Assembly: GCA_964443565.1 (NCBI GenBank) | Contig: CAYUCT010000002.1 | Span: 2,036 to 66,035 of the forward strand | DNA: 64,000 bases | From: Candidatus Woesearchaeota archaeon | Lineage (GTDB): Archaea; Nanobdellota; Nanobdellia; Pacearchaeales; UBA284 | Reading direction: 5' to 3' | Part shown: piece after piece, positions 47,058 to 58,102 of the stretch | Layout: the number at the start of each line of letters is the position of its first letter | Position numbering within the stretch: position 1 is the first letter of the stretch | Notes under the pieces: generated by a model | The model's database searches: none | The model's input: the letters and a program-made list of their open reading frames with translations, nothing else | Told to the model about the DNA's origin: nothing | Made by a program: the position numbers and the translations under genes

Positions 47058-47558
47058 TTGGAGATACATAAAATGAATATTAAAGAAAAAAAAGAAAATC
47101 CAGATAAAGAAAAAGATTTTCAAAAATCTTTATTTGAAATGAATTTATTGCAAAATGAATTATCTTCTTTGGATCAACAAATGCAATTTATTGAAAAATA
47201 TATTCAAGATTTAAATTCTTTGAAAAATTCTATAGAAGAATTAAAGAATGTTAAAGAAAATCAAGATTTTTTTTCTCCATTAAGCCAAGATATTATGCTT
47301 CAAGCAAAGATTACAAATACTAAAGAATTATTGGTTAATATGGGTGGAAAAGTTCTGGTAAAAAAAACTATTGATGAAACAAAAGATATTGTTGAAGAAA
47401 AAATAAGTAAAACATTAGAATTAAAAGAACAAATTATTCAACAAATAGAAACAATTTTATCAGAAATGGACAGAATTGAAAGCCAAATAAAGAAATCCAA
47501 ACAGAATCAAGAAAACTTATGCGATGATGAAGAATGCAATTGTGAGCACGATCATTAA
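47058..47558 (+). CDS. pfdA: Prefoldin alpha subunit (GimC alpha) with an unusual Cys/His/acidic C-terminal tail (CDDEECNCEHDH).
   Basis: Coiled coil, two beta hairpins (LVNMGGKVLVKKTI region), coiled coil; ~160 aa. Confidence 0.55.
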   Translation: MEIHKMNIKEKKENPDKEKDFQKSLFEMNLLQNELSSLDQQMQFIEKYIQDLNSLKNSIEELKNVKENQDFFSPLSQDIMLQAKITNTKELLVNMGGKVLVKKTIDETKDIVEEKISKTLELKEQIIQQIETILSEMDRIESQIKKSKQNQENLCDDEECNCEHDH

Positions 47559-47565
47559 GATAATT

Positions 47566-48477
47566 CTAATTAAATTTTGCTTGCTTTATCCAGGGATATC
47601 TAGACAATACATGCATTAAAAATTTTTCATGAGGTAAAATTCCTAGTTCTGAAACAATTCCCTCGATCATTAATGTACTTATTTTTTCAAATGCCGGATT
47701 CTCAATAATTACCCCCTTTGGAGCATTCTTCCAAATTTCTTCTGAAGGACGTTCTTCAAGAGGAGTTTCAGATCCGTATATTGATTGGGGATCAAATTTC
47801 CAAGAGTCTGAAATAATATAAACCGGAACATGATAATTTCTTGCAGTTAAAGCAAACAATTCCGAACCAATTTTATTATAGACTTTATTCTTAGTTATTG
47901 CATCTGCCCCAAAAAAGATAATATCTGCTCTTTTTATTGCTAATCTTGCTGCACTATCCAAGACATGAATAACTGGAATTCCATTTTTTGCTAATTCTGA
48001 AGAAGTTTTTCTTCCTTGAAATAAAGGTCTAGTTTCGGTGTTGTATACAATAAAATTTTTTCCTTGTTTTTTTGCTTCTACTAAAATATCTATAACCGAA
48101 CTACTATGGCAATGTGTAAAGATAGTGCATCCATTTTTTATTAAATTTGCACCATGCTTTTTTATTTCTTCTTTTGAATATTTTAAATGATCTAATGAAT
48201 TTTTTACTCCTTCTTCAAGATTATTAAAAGATTTTGCTCTAAAAAGACAATTTCTTAATAATGGTTCTGTTGGTCTTAAAGAAATTATTTTTTTAATTGA
48301 TACAGGATCATTTTTTATTTTTAATAATTCTAAACCCGCAATAGCAATATTTTCTGCACCCTGTATCCTAACTTTTTGAATATCTAAACAAATTTTTTCA
48401 AATTTTTTTTGATTTTCTTTTTTATTTAATTTTCTTTTTATTTGCATTTTATAAAGAAAGATAATTTCTTTCTTCAC
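47566..48477 (-). CDS. eIF-2B alpha/beta/delta-family protein (aIF-2BII / ribose-1,5-bisphosphate isomerase-like).
   Basis: GAENIAIAGLELL, NTETRPLFQG, GADAI...NKIGS motifs typical of the IF-2B/MTNA family. Confidence 0.65.
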   Translation of the reverse strand: MKKEIIFLYKMQIKRKLNKKENQKKFEKICLDIQKVRIQGAENIAIAGLELLKIKNDPVSIKKIISLRPTEPLLRNCLFRAKSFNNLEEGVKNSLDHLKYSKEEIKKHGANLIKNGCTIFTHCHSSSVIDILVEAKKQGKNFIVYNTETRPLFQGRKTSSELAKNGIPVIHVLDSAARLAIKRADIIFFGADAITKNKVYNKIGSELFALTARNYHVPVYIISDSWKFDPQSIYGSETPLEERPSEEIWKNAPKGVIIENPAFEKISTLMIEGIVSELGILPHEKFLMHVLSRYPWIKQAKFN

Positions 48478-48609
48478 CTCTTTAATAAATGATATTAATT
48501 AAGGATATAAAAAGTTTTGTTTTATTTATATTAAAAAGATTAAGTTTTTAAGTATTAAACCGTTTGATTATTTAATAAAAAGAGGAAACCACATTTAGGT
48601 TAAATAAAA

Positions 48610-49503
48610 ATGTTTGAATCAATTATCAATCCAAAAAAAGCTGAACGAAAACCATGGGAAATGAGTATTATTGGTTTTATCTATGCCTCCCTTGCAGTTC
48701 TTACTACAGATTTTTTATTTATTAATAATCCGGTATTTCAAAAACATATTAGTATCCTAATTGTTTGTTTTACTGTTTTCTTTTCAATTCCATTTGTTTA
48801 TTATGTTATGAAAAGAGAAGAAAGAAAAGACGAGAGAATCCACAACGAAGGAAAATTATTTAAAGAACATGAAAAAGCATTATCTGCATTAATCTTTTTA
48901 TTTATTGGATATGTATTAGCCCTGTCTTTATTATATGTGGTCATGCCAATTGATAAAACAAATATTAACTTCAAAATACAGACAGAAACATATTGCCAGG
49001 TGAATAGTAATCTTCCTTTAGAAGAATGTGTAAGGAATTTTGAAAGCGTTTTAATGCAAAAAGATATTTCTGGAAATGCAATCAGTGGAATGGTCTCATT
49101 AAAAGATGGAATGGCAAGAGTTATGACTATTTTAACAAATAATTTTTATGTATTCTTTTTTACATTATTATTTTCTTTTCTTTTTGGTGCTGGTGCAATA
49201 TTTATTTTAGCCTGGAATGCTTCTGTTATCTCTGCGGCGATTGGAATATATTCAAAAGGCGCATTTTCTGGATTACCTAACGGATTTTTAAGATATCTTG
49301 TTCATGGAATACCCGAAATTTTAGCATATTTTGTTGTTGCTCTTGCCGGCGGGATAATAGGTAATGCAATCATCAATCAGGAGTTTAATAGTAATAAATT
49401 TATTAGAATTTTGCAAGATGTTTTAGATTTAATAATTGTTGGATTAATTATCCTAATAATCTCTGCATTTATGGAAGTTTTTCTTACACCCATAATTATT
49501 TAA
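48610..49503 (+). CDS. SpoIIM/DUF95-family integral membrane protein.
   Basis: NASVISAAIG...HGIPEILAYFVVALAGG resembles the conserved DUF95 core (..NG..lG...PHGifElpA..). Confidence 0.45.
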   Translation: MFESIINPKKAERKPWEMSIIGFIYASLAVLTTDFLFINNPVFQKHISILIVCFTVFFSIPFVYYVMKREERKDERIHNEGKLFKEHEKALSALIFLFIGYVLALSLLYVVMPIDKTNINFKIQTETYCQVNSNLPLEECVRNFESVLMQKDISGNAISGMVSLKDGMARVMTILTNNFYVFFFTLLFSFLFGAGAIFILAWNASVISAAIGIYSKGAFSGLPNGFLRYLVHGIPEILAYFVVALAGGIIGNAIINQEFNSNKFIRILQDVLDLIIVGLIILIISAFMEVFLTPIII

Positions 49504-49568
49504 GATTATTTTGTATTATTTAGAATAAATCCAAAAAATAAAAATAATAAAACTGATTAAATATCAAA

Positions 49569-50927
49569 ATGAAAAAATTACAAATAATACCCCCGGCAGA
49601 AAAAAAGTTATTTTATCTAAAGGAATTCCAATTAAAAAAACAGATTAAAAAAATTTTTGGGTTTACAATCCTGGGTGGAATTTTTGGCTTTTTATTATAT
49701 TTTACCTTGGCTAGAATGCTTACCCCCGAAGAGTATGGGATATTTTATACTTTTATTGTATTCACTTTCTTTTTTATGATTGGCCAAGAATCTATCAAAA
49801 TTTTTTCCGCAAAATATGCCACAAAATACTTTTGTAATAAAGATATAGAAAAAATAAATTTGCTTTATAAAAAAAATAGAAAAAAAATTATGCTTTACTC
49901 TGTTCCTTTATTTTTATTATTCTTATCACTTTATCCATTTATTGGAAAGAATCTATTGCATTCCACCTTTTTTCAATATTGCCTTTTTGGAACTTCATTA
50001 TTTTTTGTTTTTTTATATCCTCTTTGTGTAGGAATTTTGCAAGGAATAAATCATTTTAAGGAATCCAGTTTTATTTATACTATTTATTCAATTATTTTTT
50101 ATTGCGGTGCTTTATTATCTGTTCTTTTAAAATTTAATTTAAATGGGATCCTTTTTTCGATAGTTTGCACAAATGCAATTGTTTCTTTTTTGAGTTTGGA
50201 AATTGTGAATAAACGATTAAAAGAATTTCAAGCAAAATTTAAAACTGAAAAAAATAAAAATATTTTTTCAATAAAAAATTCTGCAAAAAAAACTATTGAA
50301 TCTCAAAATGAAATGAAAAAATTCTTCTTGGCAATATTAACAATTTTTGGATTATTGATGTTATTTAGTATGATAGATGTTTTATTAGCAAGATATTTCT
50401 TTAGTGCCTTTGATTCCGGACTTTATAGCGGATTATCAACAATTGCCAAATTATTATTTTTTGCTTCATTGACTATTTCAAAAGGATTATTTCTAAAAAT
50501 AATTGAGTCTGGGGAACTAAATAAAAAAGAGATAAAAAAAGAGACAGATAAAATGTTACTTCTTGGATTCTTAACAAATTTTGCTTTAGGAGTATTATTT
50601 TTTGCAGGAGCCTATTTTTTTCCAGAATTAATAATTAAAATTGTTTTAGGAAATAAATATATTGAATTTTCCTATTTATTAAAATATGTGGTTCTATCAA
50701 TGGCATTATTAGCTTTATCCACGTTTATTACTTTTTATAATCTTTCTTTAAATTGGAATAAAAAATTAACTGCCAGAGTACTTATTGCCTTTTTATTTTT
50801 ACAAATTGTATTGGTGTTAATATTTCATGAAAGTTTAATTCAATTTGTTATAATAAATATCATTTCCAATTTAATTTTATTAATGGCTTTACTTTCTACA
50901 ATCAAAACAGATGAAGATTCATCTTAA
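49569..50927 (+). CDS. Wzx-like oligosaccharide/polysaccharide flippase (MOP superfamily), ~12 TM.
   Basis: Polytopic hydrophobic profile. Sits with the glycosylation genes. Confidence 0.45.
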   Translation: MKKLQIIPPAEKKLFYLKEFQLKKQIKKIFGFTILGGIFGFLLYFTLARMLTPEEYGIFYTFIVFTFFFMIGQESIKIFSAKYATKYFCNKDIEKINLLYKKNRKKIMLYSVPLFLLFLSLYPFIGKNLLHSTFFQYCLFGTSLFFVFLYPLCVGILQGINHFKESSFIYTIYSIIFYCGALLSVLLKFNLNGILFSIVCTNAIVSFLSLEIVNKRLKEFQAKFKTEKNKNIFSIKNSAKKTIESQNEMKKFFLAILTIFGLLMLFSMIDVLLARYFFSAFDSGLYSGLSTIAKLLFFASLTISKGLFLKIIESGELNKKEIKKETDKMLLLGFLTNFALGVLFFAGAYFFPELIIKIVLGNKYIEFSYLLKYVVLSMALLALSTFITFYNLSLNWNKKLTARVLIAFLFLQIVLVLIFHESLIQFVIINIISNLILLMALLSTIKTDEDSS

Positions 50928-50989
50928 AGATTTTCTTATCTTCAAAGATAACTTTAAAAACAAAAAAATTCTTTATAAATTACGAAAAA

Positions 50990-53692
50990 ATGGAAGCCGA
51001 AAACAAGAAAGAATTTATTTATTATTTTAAAAAATTTTTGCCAGGAATATCTTTACTTTTCTTATTTTTAATTATCCTTTTAGCAGTTTATGTTCGAACC
51101 CCAAATATTTCTAATTTAAAAGATGTTACAACAGGAAATTATACCCTCGGACCAGATTTAGATCCATTTTTATATCTAAGAAACGCCCAGGAAATAATTA
51201 AAACTGGGACTTTAGCTAGCCCAGACAAAATGTGGATGGCACCACTTGGAACGGAATCTTATGCAAAACACAATTTAATGCCTTGGGCAATTGTTGGAAT
51301 ATACAAATTTTTAAATTTATTTAAAGAAACAAGTTTAGAATACTCCGCAATTATCCTCCCAGTTATTTTATTTGCAATAACCTTAATTTTCTTTTTCTTA
51401 TTTATTCAAAAGACCTTTTCATTTTTTATGAAAAGAGAACTTTCACATGCCGGAGCAATAATTGCTACTTTAATTTATGCTGTAATACCTGAAATGCTTC
51501 ACAGAACAACTGCCGGAATTCCAGAGATAGAAAGTTTAGGTATGGTCTTCTTTTGGATGGCGTTTTACTTTTTTATAATCGCTTGGAATTCTGAAAAATT
51601 AAAAAAAGGAATTTTATTTTCAATGCTTGCGGGAATATCAACACTTTTAATGATATTTAGTTGGGGTGGATTTAGATATATTTTTATGGCTTTTTCATTA
51701 GCCGTATTATTCTCATTTTTCTTCCAAAAAATTTCTAGAAAAAATGTACTAATTTATGGAATTTGGTGGGGGATTTCTATTTTGGGCTTTTTGCTTAAAG
51801 GAATTTCAATTAGTGGAATTCTTTCAAGTGTTACAGATGGTTTATTTTCAACAGTAGTTTTATTTGTTTTAGTGATAGATTTAATTCTTTTTGAAACTCC
51901 TCTAAAAAATAAAACTAATAAATTAATAGAAAAATGGAAAATTAAATTTCCAAGATCTTTAATTTCTTTGATAATCTCCTTTATTTTTGGTGTTTTAATT
52001 ATTATTTTTCTTTTTGGACCCGATTTTATTTTAAACAAATTTCAAGCGATATTTGATTATTTATTAAAACCCTTCGGTTCTGGGAGAATTGGATTAACTG
52101 TCGCTGAAAACCAGGTTCCATATTTCACACAAGTTTCAAATACTTTTGCCGTAACATTTATGGGAATTAATTTTTCTTTATTTTGGACTTTCTTTTTTGG
52201 AACAATTTTGATGTTTTATTCTGCAATTAAACATTTTAATAAGAAGAATAAATGGATATTATTCTCTTCATTTGTATTATTTTTAATTATGTTCATATTT
52301 AGTAGATATTCACCAACAAGTTTATTTAATGGAGATAATGCTATCAGCAAAATTATTTATTTTGGTGGTTTAATTATTTTTGCTTTTGGTATTTTATATG
52401 TTTATATTCAAGAATTAAAAAACAAAAATTTGGAAAATTCATTTGATAAAATAAAATTTGGATATCTTCTTTTAATTAGTTTAATTTTCTTTGCAATTAT
52501 TTCCATGCGAGGAGCAGTAAGATTATTTTTTATTATTTCTCCCCCAATGATTATTGCGTCGACATTTTTACCAATAAAATTGTTTGATATTGCAATTAAA
52601 GAAAAAATTGATTGGAAAAAATATTTATTTTTAACCTTTGTTTTAATCTCGGTTATATTTTTAACAATCTTTGCAGTAAATTATGCAAAAGCGAGTTATT
52701 ATGAAACAAAATATACTATTCCGGGAGCATACCAACAACAATGGCAATATACTATGTCCTGGGTTAGAGAAAATACCAAAGAAAATTCCATATTTGTACA
52801 TTGGTGGGATTATGGTTATTGGATACAAACTATCGGTGAAAGACCAACAGTCACTGATGGAGGGCATGTGAATAGTTTTTGGGATCATACAACTGCGAGA
52901 TATCTAATGACTGCTGAAAACGAGAATACAACTCTTCAATTATGCAAGGCACACAATGTTTCATATATCTTATTTGATTCTAGCGACATTGGAAAATACA
53001 GCGCATATTCAAGTATTGCTTCAGACATAACAGGACAAGATAGATTAAGTTATATTCCAACTGTTATGATGGATGAATCACAAACTCAAGAAACAAAAAA
53101 TGAAACAATTTATGTATATACCGGCGGATTTTGGCTTGACCAAGATTTAATTTGGAATAATGAATTACTTCCACAAGGAAATGCAATAATTGCAGGATTT
53201 TTAATGCATGAAGATTCTGGAAGAATATCAAATATTGAAGAAATTGTGTATTACAACAATAAAAGATATAGTATTCCCATAAATTATGTATATTTAAATA
53301 ATCAAAAAATAAAATTATCCGAAAAAGGAATAGATGGAGTATTCTACTTTGTTCCAAAATTAAATGATAATGGAATAAATCCGCTTGGAACCGCGTTTTT
53401 CATATCTGAAAAGGTAACAAAAGGGCAATTTGCAAAGATGTATCTATTAAATGAAACCAATATTCCTTTAGTCCATAAGGAAGATAGTTATGTAATTAAA
53501 CAATTAAGAGATTATTATAACATGAGTGTTGGAGATTTTATTTATACTAATGATTTATCTGGACCAATAAAAATATTTGAAGTAACGGATAATCTTTTAG
53601 AGAATATTAATTATTATCCTGAATATCTTCAAACAACCGGATGGGATGAAATCAATGGACCTTTTGCCCCACTAGATTATTTAGGAAAATAA
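50990..53692 (+). CDS. aglB: Oligosaccharyltransferase AglB (STT3 homolog): 13-TM N-terminal domain plus a periplasmic/extracellular C-terminal domain.
   Basis: WWDYGYW (WWDYG catalytic motif) after the TM domain. 900 aa. Multi-TM N-terminus. Confidence 0.85.
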   Translation: MEAENKKEFIYYFKKFLPGISLLFLFLIILLAVYVRTPNISNLKDVTTGNYTLGPDLDPFLYLRNAQEIIKTGTLASPDKMWMAPLGTESYAKHNLMPWAIVGIYKFLNLFKETSLEYSAIILPVILFAITLIFFFLFIQKTFSFFMKRELSHAGAIIATLIYAVIPEMLHRTTAGIPEIESLGMVFFWMAFYFFIIAWNSEKLKKGILFSMLAGISTLLMIFSWGGFRYIFMAFSLAVLFSFFFQKISRKNVLIYGIWWGISILGFLLKGISISGILSSVTDGLFSTVVLFVLVIDLILFETPLKNKTNKLIEKWKIKFPRSLISLIISFIFGVLIIIFLFGPDFILNKFQAIFDYLLKPFGSGRIGLTVAENQVPYFTQVSNTFAVTFMGINFSLFWTFFFGTILMFYSAIKHFNKKNKWILFSSFVLFLIMFIFSRYSPTSLFNGDNAISKIIYFGGLIIFAFGILYVYIQELKNKNLENSFDKIKFGYLLLISLIFFAIISMRGAVRLFFIISPPMIIASTFLPIKLFDIAIKEKIDWKKYLFLTFVLISVIFLTIFAVNYAKASYYETKYTIPGAYQQQWQYTMSWVRENTKENSIFVHWWDYGYWIQTIGERPTVTDGGHVNSFWDHTTARYLMTAENENTTLQLCKAHNVSYILFDSSDIGKYSAYSSIASDITGQDRLSYIPTVMMDESQTQETKNETIYVYTGGFWLDQDLIWNNELLPQGNAIIAGFLMHEDSGRISNIEEIVYYNNKRYSIPINYVYLNNQKIKLSEKGIDGVFYFVPKLNDNGINPLGTAFFISEKVTKGQFAKMYLLNETNIPLVHKEDSYVIKQLRDYYNMSVGDFIYTNDLSGPIKIFEVTDNLLENINYYPEYLQTTGWDEINGPFAPLDYLGK

Positions 53693-53709
53693 AAAAAGCA
53701 TAAATTAAA

Positions 53710-54717
53710 ATGGAAACAATGAATTTTATTTTTTCTGGAATTTTATTTTTTATTTCATTAATCTTATCTTTATTCTTAACAAAATACTGGATTGGCATTG
53801 CTAAAAAAAATAATCTTATGGGGAAAGATATGAATAAATTTTCTAAACCCCTGGTAGCAGAAGCCGGAGGGATTGCAATAGTTTTTTCAATTATAATCGG
53901 AATCTTAATTTATGTTTTTTTTAAAACATTTTTATTAAATAATTCAAATAATGTTTTAGAATCTTTAGTGATTATTACTTCAATTTTATTGGCGGGATTT
54001 ATTGGTTTTATTGATGATATTCTTGGATGGAAAAAAGGATTAAAACCTTGGCAAAAAATTTTAATGACCACGGTTATTGCAATTCCATTAATGGTAATTA
54101 ATGCCGGAGATTCAATAGTCAATTTACCATTTTTTGGAACGGTTAATTTTGGAATAATATATCCATTAATTTTAATTCCAATTGGAATAATTGGAGCAAC
54201 AAACGGATATAATATTTTAGCGGGGTATAATGGATTAGAAGCTGGATTAGGATTAGTTATCTTTTCTTTTTTAGGATTTATTGCATATCAACAAAATATT
54301 TTATGGCTAACCTTAATTGCCGGAATTATTGTTTTTTCACTATTAGGATTTTTATTTTTTAATAAATTTCCTGCAAAGATTTTTCCAGGAGATTCTTTAA
54401 CTTATTTGCTTGGAGTATTAATTGCTTGTTTTGCAATATTTGGAAACATGCAAAAAATAACCATAATTCTTTTTATTCCATTTATTATAGAGGGATTTTT
54501 AAAATTAAAATCAAAATTCAAAGCAGAAAATTTTGGAAAAATTAATAAAGATAATTCATTAGAATTACCTTATGCTAAAATTTATAGTTTAACTCATTTA
54601 TCAATAAAAATATTAAAAAAAATTAAACCGAGCCATAAAGTTTATGAAAAAGATGTTGTGTGGTTTTTAATTTTAATTGAAATTATAATCGGATTGCTGA
54701 TTTTAGCATTTTTTTAA
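53710..54717 (+). CDS. Dolichyl-phosphate HexNAc-1-phosphate transferase (GPT/MraY/WecA family; AglH/Alg7-like).
   Basis: Multi-TM with IGFIDDILG (DD motif), NGYNILAGYNGLEAG and PGDS motifs typical of the PNPT family. Confidence 0.75.
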   Translation: METMNFIFSGILFFISLILSLFLTKYWIGIAKKNNLMGKDMNKFSKPLVAEAGGIAIVFSIIIGILIYVFFKTFLLNNSNNVLESLVIITSILLAGFIGFIDDILGWKKGLKPWQKILMTTVIAIPLMVINAGDSIVNLPFFGTVNFGIIYPLILIPIGIIGATNGYNILAGYNGLEAGLGLVIFSFLGFIAYQQNILWLTLIAGIIVFSLLGFLFFNKFPAKIFPGDSLTYLLGVLIACFAIFGNMQKITIILFIPFIIEGFLKLKSKFKAENFGKINKDNSLELPYAKIYSLTHLSIKILKKIKPSHKVYEKDVVWFLILIEIIIGLLILAFF

Positions 54718-54729
54718 TTTAGAAAAAAA

Positions 54730-55842
54730 ATGAAAAACATTAAAATTGCATTTATTATTGGAACTAGAGCAGAATTAATTAAGGTCTTTCCTTTAATGAT
54801 TGAATTAAAAAATAAAAAAATAGAGTATTATTTTATACACACCGGACAACATAATCTTAAAGATCTATGTAAAAAATTTGGAATAAAAAATCCGGATATT
54901 GTTTTAACTACCGAACCAAAAAAATCTTCTAAATTTAATTCAAATCAAATTAAGGCAATAATTTGGAATTTAAATTTAATATTTAAAATAAAAAAGACTT
55001 TAAATAAATTAAATAATTTAAAATATGTAATTTATCATGGAGATACTATGACTACCGCAACCGCAGCTATCGCCACTTCAAAAATATTAAATCCATTTAA
55101 AAAATATCAAAATGTGCATTTAGAAGCAGGATTGAGAAGTAATAATTTGAAAGAACCCTTTCCTGAAGAAATTTCTAGGATTATTGCAGACAATTATTCT
55201 GACATTTTGCTAGTTCCATCAATACTTGCAAAACATAATTTAAATAAAAAAAGAAATAAAAAAGTTATCCTTACTGGAAATACGGTTTTAGATTCTGCAA
55301 ATTTTGGAATAAATCTTGCTAAAAAACAGAAATTTAAACCTTTATCTAATAAAAAATTTGCATTAATTACAATTCATAGACACGAAAATATAAAATCTAA
55401 AAAAAGAATGAAAAAAATAATAACCATCTTATCTTCTATTAAAATTCCGGCTTTTTTTGCTATGCATGATAATACATTAAATAAAATAAAAAAATTTGGA
55501 TTGTATTCTAAATTAATAGAAAATGAAAATATTAAAATTATTCAGCCTATGGATTATCTTTCTTTCATATATCAGATGTCTAAATGTTCTTTAATTATTT
55601 GTGATGGTGGAAGTATGCAAGAAGAAAGTTTGATATTTAAAAAACCATGTATAATTTTAAGAATGAATACTGAAAGACCGGAGGGATTGAATACCAACTT
55701 TCAATATCTTTCAAAATTAGATATTCAGAAAACAAAAGAGAAAATTAAAGAATACTTAAGTAATAATTTTAAAATAAAACCTTTTGAAAATCCCTATGGA
55801 AAAATAGGGGTTAGTAAAAAGATTGCAGAGATGTTAAAATGA
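54730..55842 (+). CDS. UDP-N-acetylglucosamine 2-epimerase (WecB family).
   Basis: N-terminal IAFIIGTRAELIKVFPLM...HTGQH matches the epimerase 2 family. Confidence 0.65.
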   Translation: MKNIKIAFIIGTRAELIKVFPLMIELKNKKIEYYFIHTGQHNLKDLCKKFGIKNPDIVLTTEPKKSSKFNSNQIKAIIWNLNLIFKIKKTLNKLNNLKYVIYHGDTMTTATAAIATSKILNPFKKYQNVHLEAGLRSNNLKEPFPEEISRIIADNYSDILLVPSILAKHNLNKKRNKKVILTGNTVLDSANFGINLAKKQKFKPLSNKKFALITIHRHENIKSKKRMKKIITILSSIKIPAFFAMHDNTLNKIKKFGLYSKLIENENIKIIQPMDYLSFIYQMSKCSLIICDGGSMQEESLIFKKPCIILRMNTERPEGLNTNFQYLSKLDIQKTKEKIKEYLSNNFKIKPFENPYGKIGVSKKIAEMLK

Positions 55843-56366
55843 AATTGCAAATTGGGTGTGGAAATGATAAAAGAAAAGGATATATTAACCTTGATGGTTC
55901 TAAAGATGTAAAACCAGATATTCTTTGGAATTTAGAAAAGACGCCCTTGCCATTTAAAACAAATCAATTTAATGAAATCTTAGCAAACCACGTTTTAGAA
56001 CATGTAACTAATTTTATATCGCTTATGCATGAATTACATAGAATATCAAAAAATGAAGGAAAAATTATTATCAGAACCCCATTTTATTCTGCATGGGGGC
56101 AGTTTAATGACCCTACACACGTAAGATATTTTACTCCTTATACTTTTAATTACTTTAACATAGGCAATTATAGTCATGAGGTAAAAACAAAAAAAGATAT
56201 GTTCACAATAAGAAAAATTAAGATAAATTTTGGAATTGGGCCCTCTTCAAAAATGAATTGGTTATTCAATCCAATTATCAATTTTAATCAAAAAATTTAT
56301 TGCCGATTTTTTGCTTGGATTTTTCCAGCAGCAGAAATTTATTATGAGCTAAAGGTATTAAAATGA
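55839..56366 (+). CDS. Class I SAM-dependent methyltransferase (Methyltransf_11/23-like).
   Basis: LQIGCGNDKR...NLDGS and ILANHVLEHV motifs. 4-nt overlap with the upstream gene. Confidence 0.5.
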   Translation: MKLQIGCGNDKRKGYINLDGSKDVKPDILWNLEKTPLPFKTNQFNEILANHVLEHVTNFISLMHELHRISKNEGKIIIRTPFYSAWGQFNDPTHVRYFTPYTFNYFNIGNYSHEVKTKKDMFTIRKIKINFGIGPSSKMNWLFNPIINFNQKIYCRFFAWIFPAAEIYYELKVLK

Positions 56367-56986
56367 AAAAAATGAATGTCTTGGAATTTAATAATTGGGA
56401 AAATCAAATAAAAAAAAGTGATTATTTTCTAGATATTGGTTGCTGGAATGGACAAAAAATTCTTGATCTCTCAAAAAGATGCCTTGTTTTTGGAATGGAC
56501 ATTGATTCTAAAAAAATTTCTTTAGCAAATCCGCTTATTAAAAATAAGATTAAATGTGGAGATGTTACCAAAAAAATACCATTTAATAAAAAATTTGATT
56601 GGATCTATTTATCCGAAGTAATTGAACATGTTAAAGATGAAGATTTACTTTTAAAAAATATTTCAAATTCATTAAAGATTGATGGAAAATTGGTTCTCAC
56701 AACACCAAAATCTGTACGGTTTTTTCAAATATGGGATCCTGCCTGGATTCGATGGAAATTTGGAGGACCCGTGCATAGACATTATACCCTCAATAAACTG
56801 AGGTATAAATTAATAAAGCACAATCTAAATATTGAATCTTATGCGATTGGTGGCTCTTTTCCTTGGATTCTTTCTAGATGGACTAATGTTTTATTAAAAT
56901 ATATTTTTAAATCAAAAAGACAGTTCAATTGGGGCAAAGCAGATGGTTTTTGTGATCTTAAAATTATTGCAAAAAAATTAAATTAA
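56363..56986 (+). CDS. Class I SAM-dependent methyltransferase.
   Basis: YFLDIGCWNGQ (motif I), FDWIYLSEVIEHVKDED. Confidence 0.5.
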   Translation: MKKMNVLEFNNWENQIKKSDYFLDIGCWNGQKILDLSKRCLVFGMDIDSKKISLANPLIKNKIKCGDVTKKIPFNKKFDWIYLSEVIEHVKDEDLLLKNISNSLKIDGKLVLTTPKSVRFFQIWDPAWIRWKFGGPVHRHYTLNKLRYKLIKHNLNIESYAIGGSFPWILSRWTNVLLKYIFKSKRQFNWGKADGFCDLKIIAKKLN

Positions 56987-56988
56987 AA

Positions 56989-58101
56989 ATGAAAAATAAA
57001 ATAAAAGTTTATCTTCAATATCCTTGGAAATTTCCGGATAGTTCTTATTATAAAAATTTCATGACATTCCCTCCAAAAAATATTGATTATATAAATAATA
57101 ATCAAAAAAAATTTGATTTAATTAATTCTAAAAATAAATTTATTTTTTCTAATAAGATAAAATCGGTTTTAAGAAATGGTTTATTATCCATAAATCTATC
57201 ACCAATAAATACACATTTAACCAAAACAAAAGAAAAATATGATTTAATTCATTGTGCACATTGTTTAAGTTTAAATAATTCTCCATGGGTTATGGATTTA
57301 GAATCTTCATGGCAGTTATTTGTTTCTGGAAAAAAAGATGAAAGAAGTATAATTAAAATAAAAAAAATTCTTTTAAACAAAAATTGCAAAAAAATAATGC
57401 CTTGGACCGAAAAAACAAAAGAAGAATTGATTGAATTGTTTTCAGAAAAAGAAATAAAAAATAAATTAAAAGTAGTTCATCATGCAATTAAAATTCAAAA
57501 AATAAAAAGAATAAAACATGACGGAATAAATTTGCTTTTTACTGCAAGATATTTTTATGAAAAAGGAGGTTTAGAAACTTTAGAAGTATTTGATTATTTA
57601 ACAAAGAGATATAAAAATATAAATGCCTTTTTTATTTCAAATACTCCAAAAGAGATTATTAAAAAATATTCTCAAAATAAAAATATTATTTTTTGCAATT
57701 TAATGTCTCAAGAAGAATTATTTAATAATATTTATTCTAAAACAGATATTATTATTTATCCGGGATACAGCGATAGTTATGGTTTTTTATTTATTGAAGC
57801 AGCATCTTTTGGAATCCCAATAATAACCCTAGAAGGTAATGCTCGAAAAGAATTAGTTTTAGATAAAAAAACCGGATTTATTGGGATAAAGCCAATTATT
57901 AATTGGAAAAATAGTATTCCAAATATAAAAAATAGAGAAGAGATTATAAACAATTTAATACATAATACTGAAAAGTTAATTAAAGATAAAAATCTTAGAA
58001 TTAAAATGTCAAAAAATGCGAGAACATTTGCTATAAGCAAATTTTCAATAGAAAAAAGAAATAAACAACTTGAAAGAATTTATCAAGAGGCAATAAAATA
58101 A
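56989..58101 (+). CDS. Glycosyltransferase family 1/4 (GT-B fold).
   Basis: C-terminal YPGYSDSYGFLFIEAASFGIPIIT (E-x7-E-type motif). Confidence 0.6.
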   Translation: MKNKIKVYLQYPWKFPDSSYYKNFMTFPPKNIDYINNNQKKFDLINSKNKFIFSNKIKSVLRNGLLSINLSPINTHLTKTKEKYDLIHCAHCLSLNNSPWVMDLESSWQLFVSGKKDERSIIKIKKILLNKNCKKIMPWTEKTKEELIELFSEKEIKNKLKVVHHAIKIQKIKRIKHDGINLLFTARYFYEKGGLETLEVFDYLTKRYKNINAFFISNTPKEIIKKYSQNKNIIFCNLMSQEELFNNIYSKTDIIIYPGYSDSYGFLFIEAASFGIPIITLEGNARKELVLDKKTGFIGIKPIINWKNSIPNIKNREEIINNLIHNTEKLIKDKNLRIKMSKNARTFAISKFSIEKRNKQLERIYQEAIK

Positions 58102-58102
58102 A

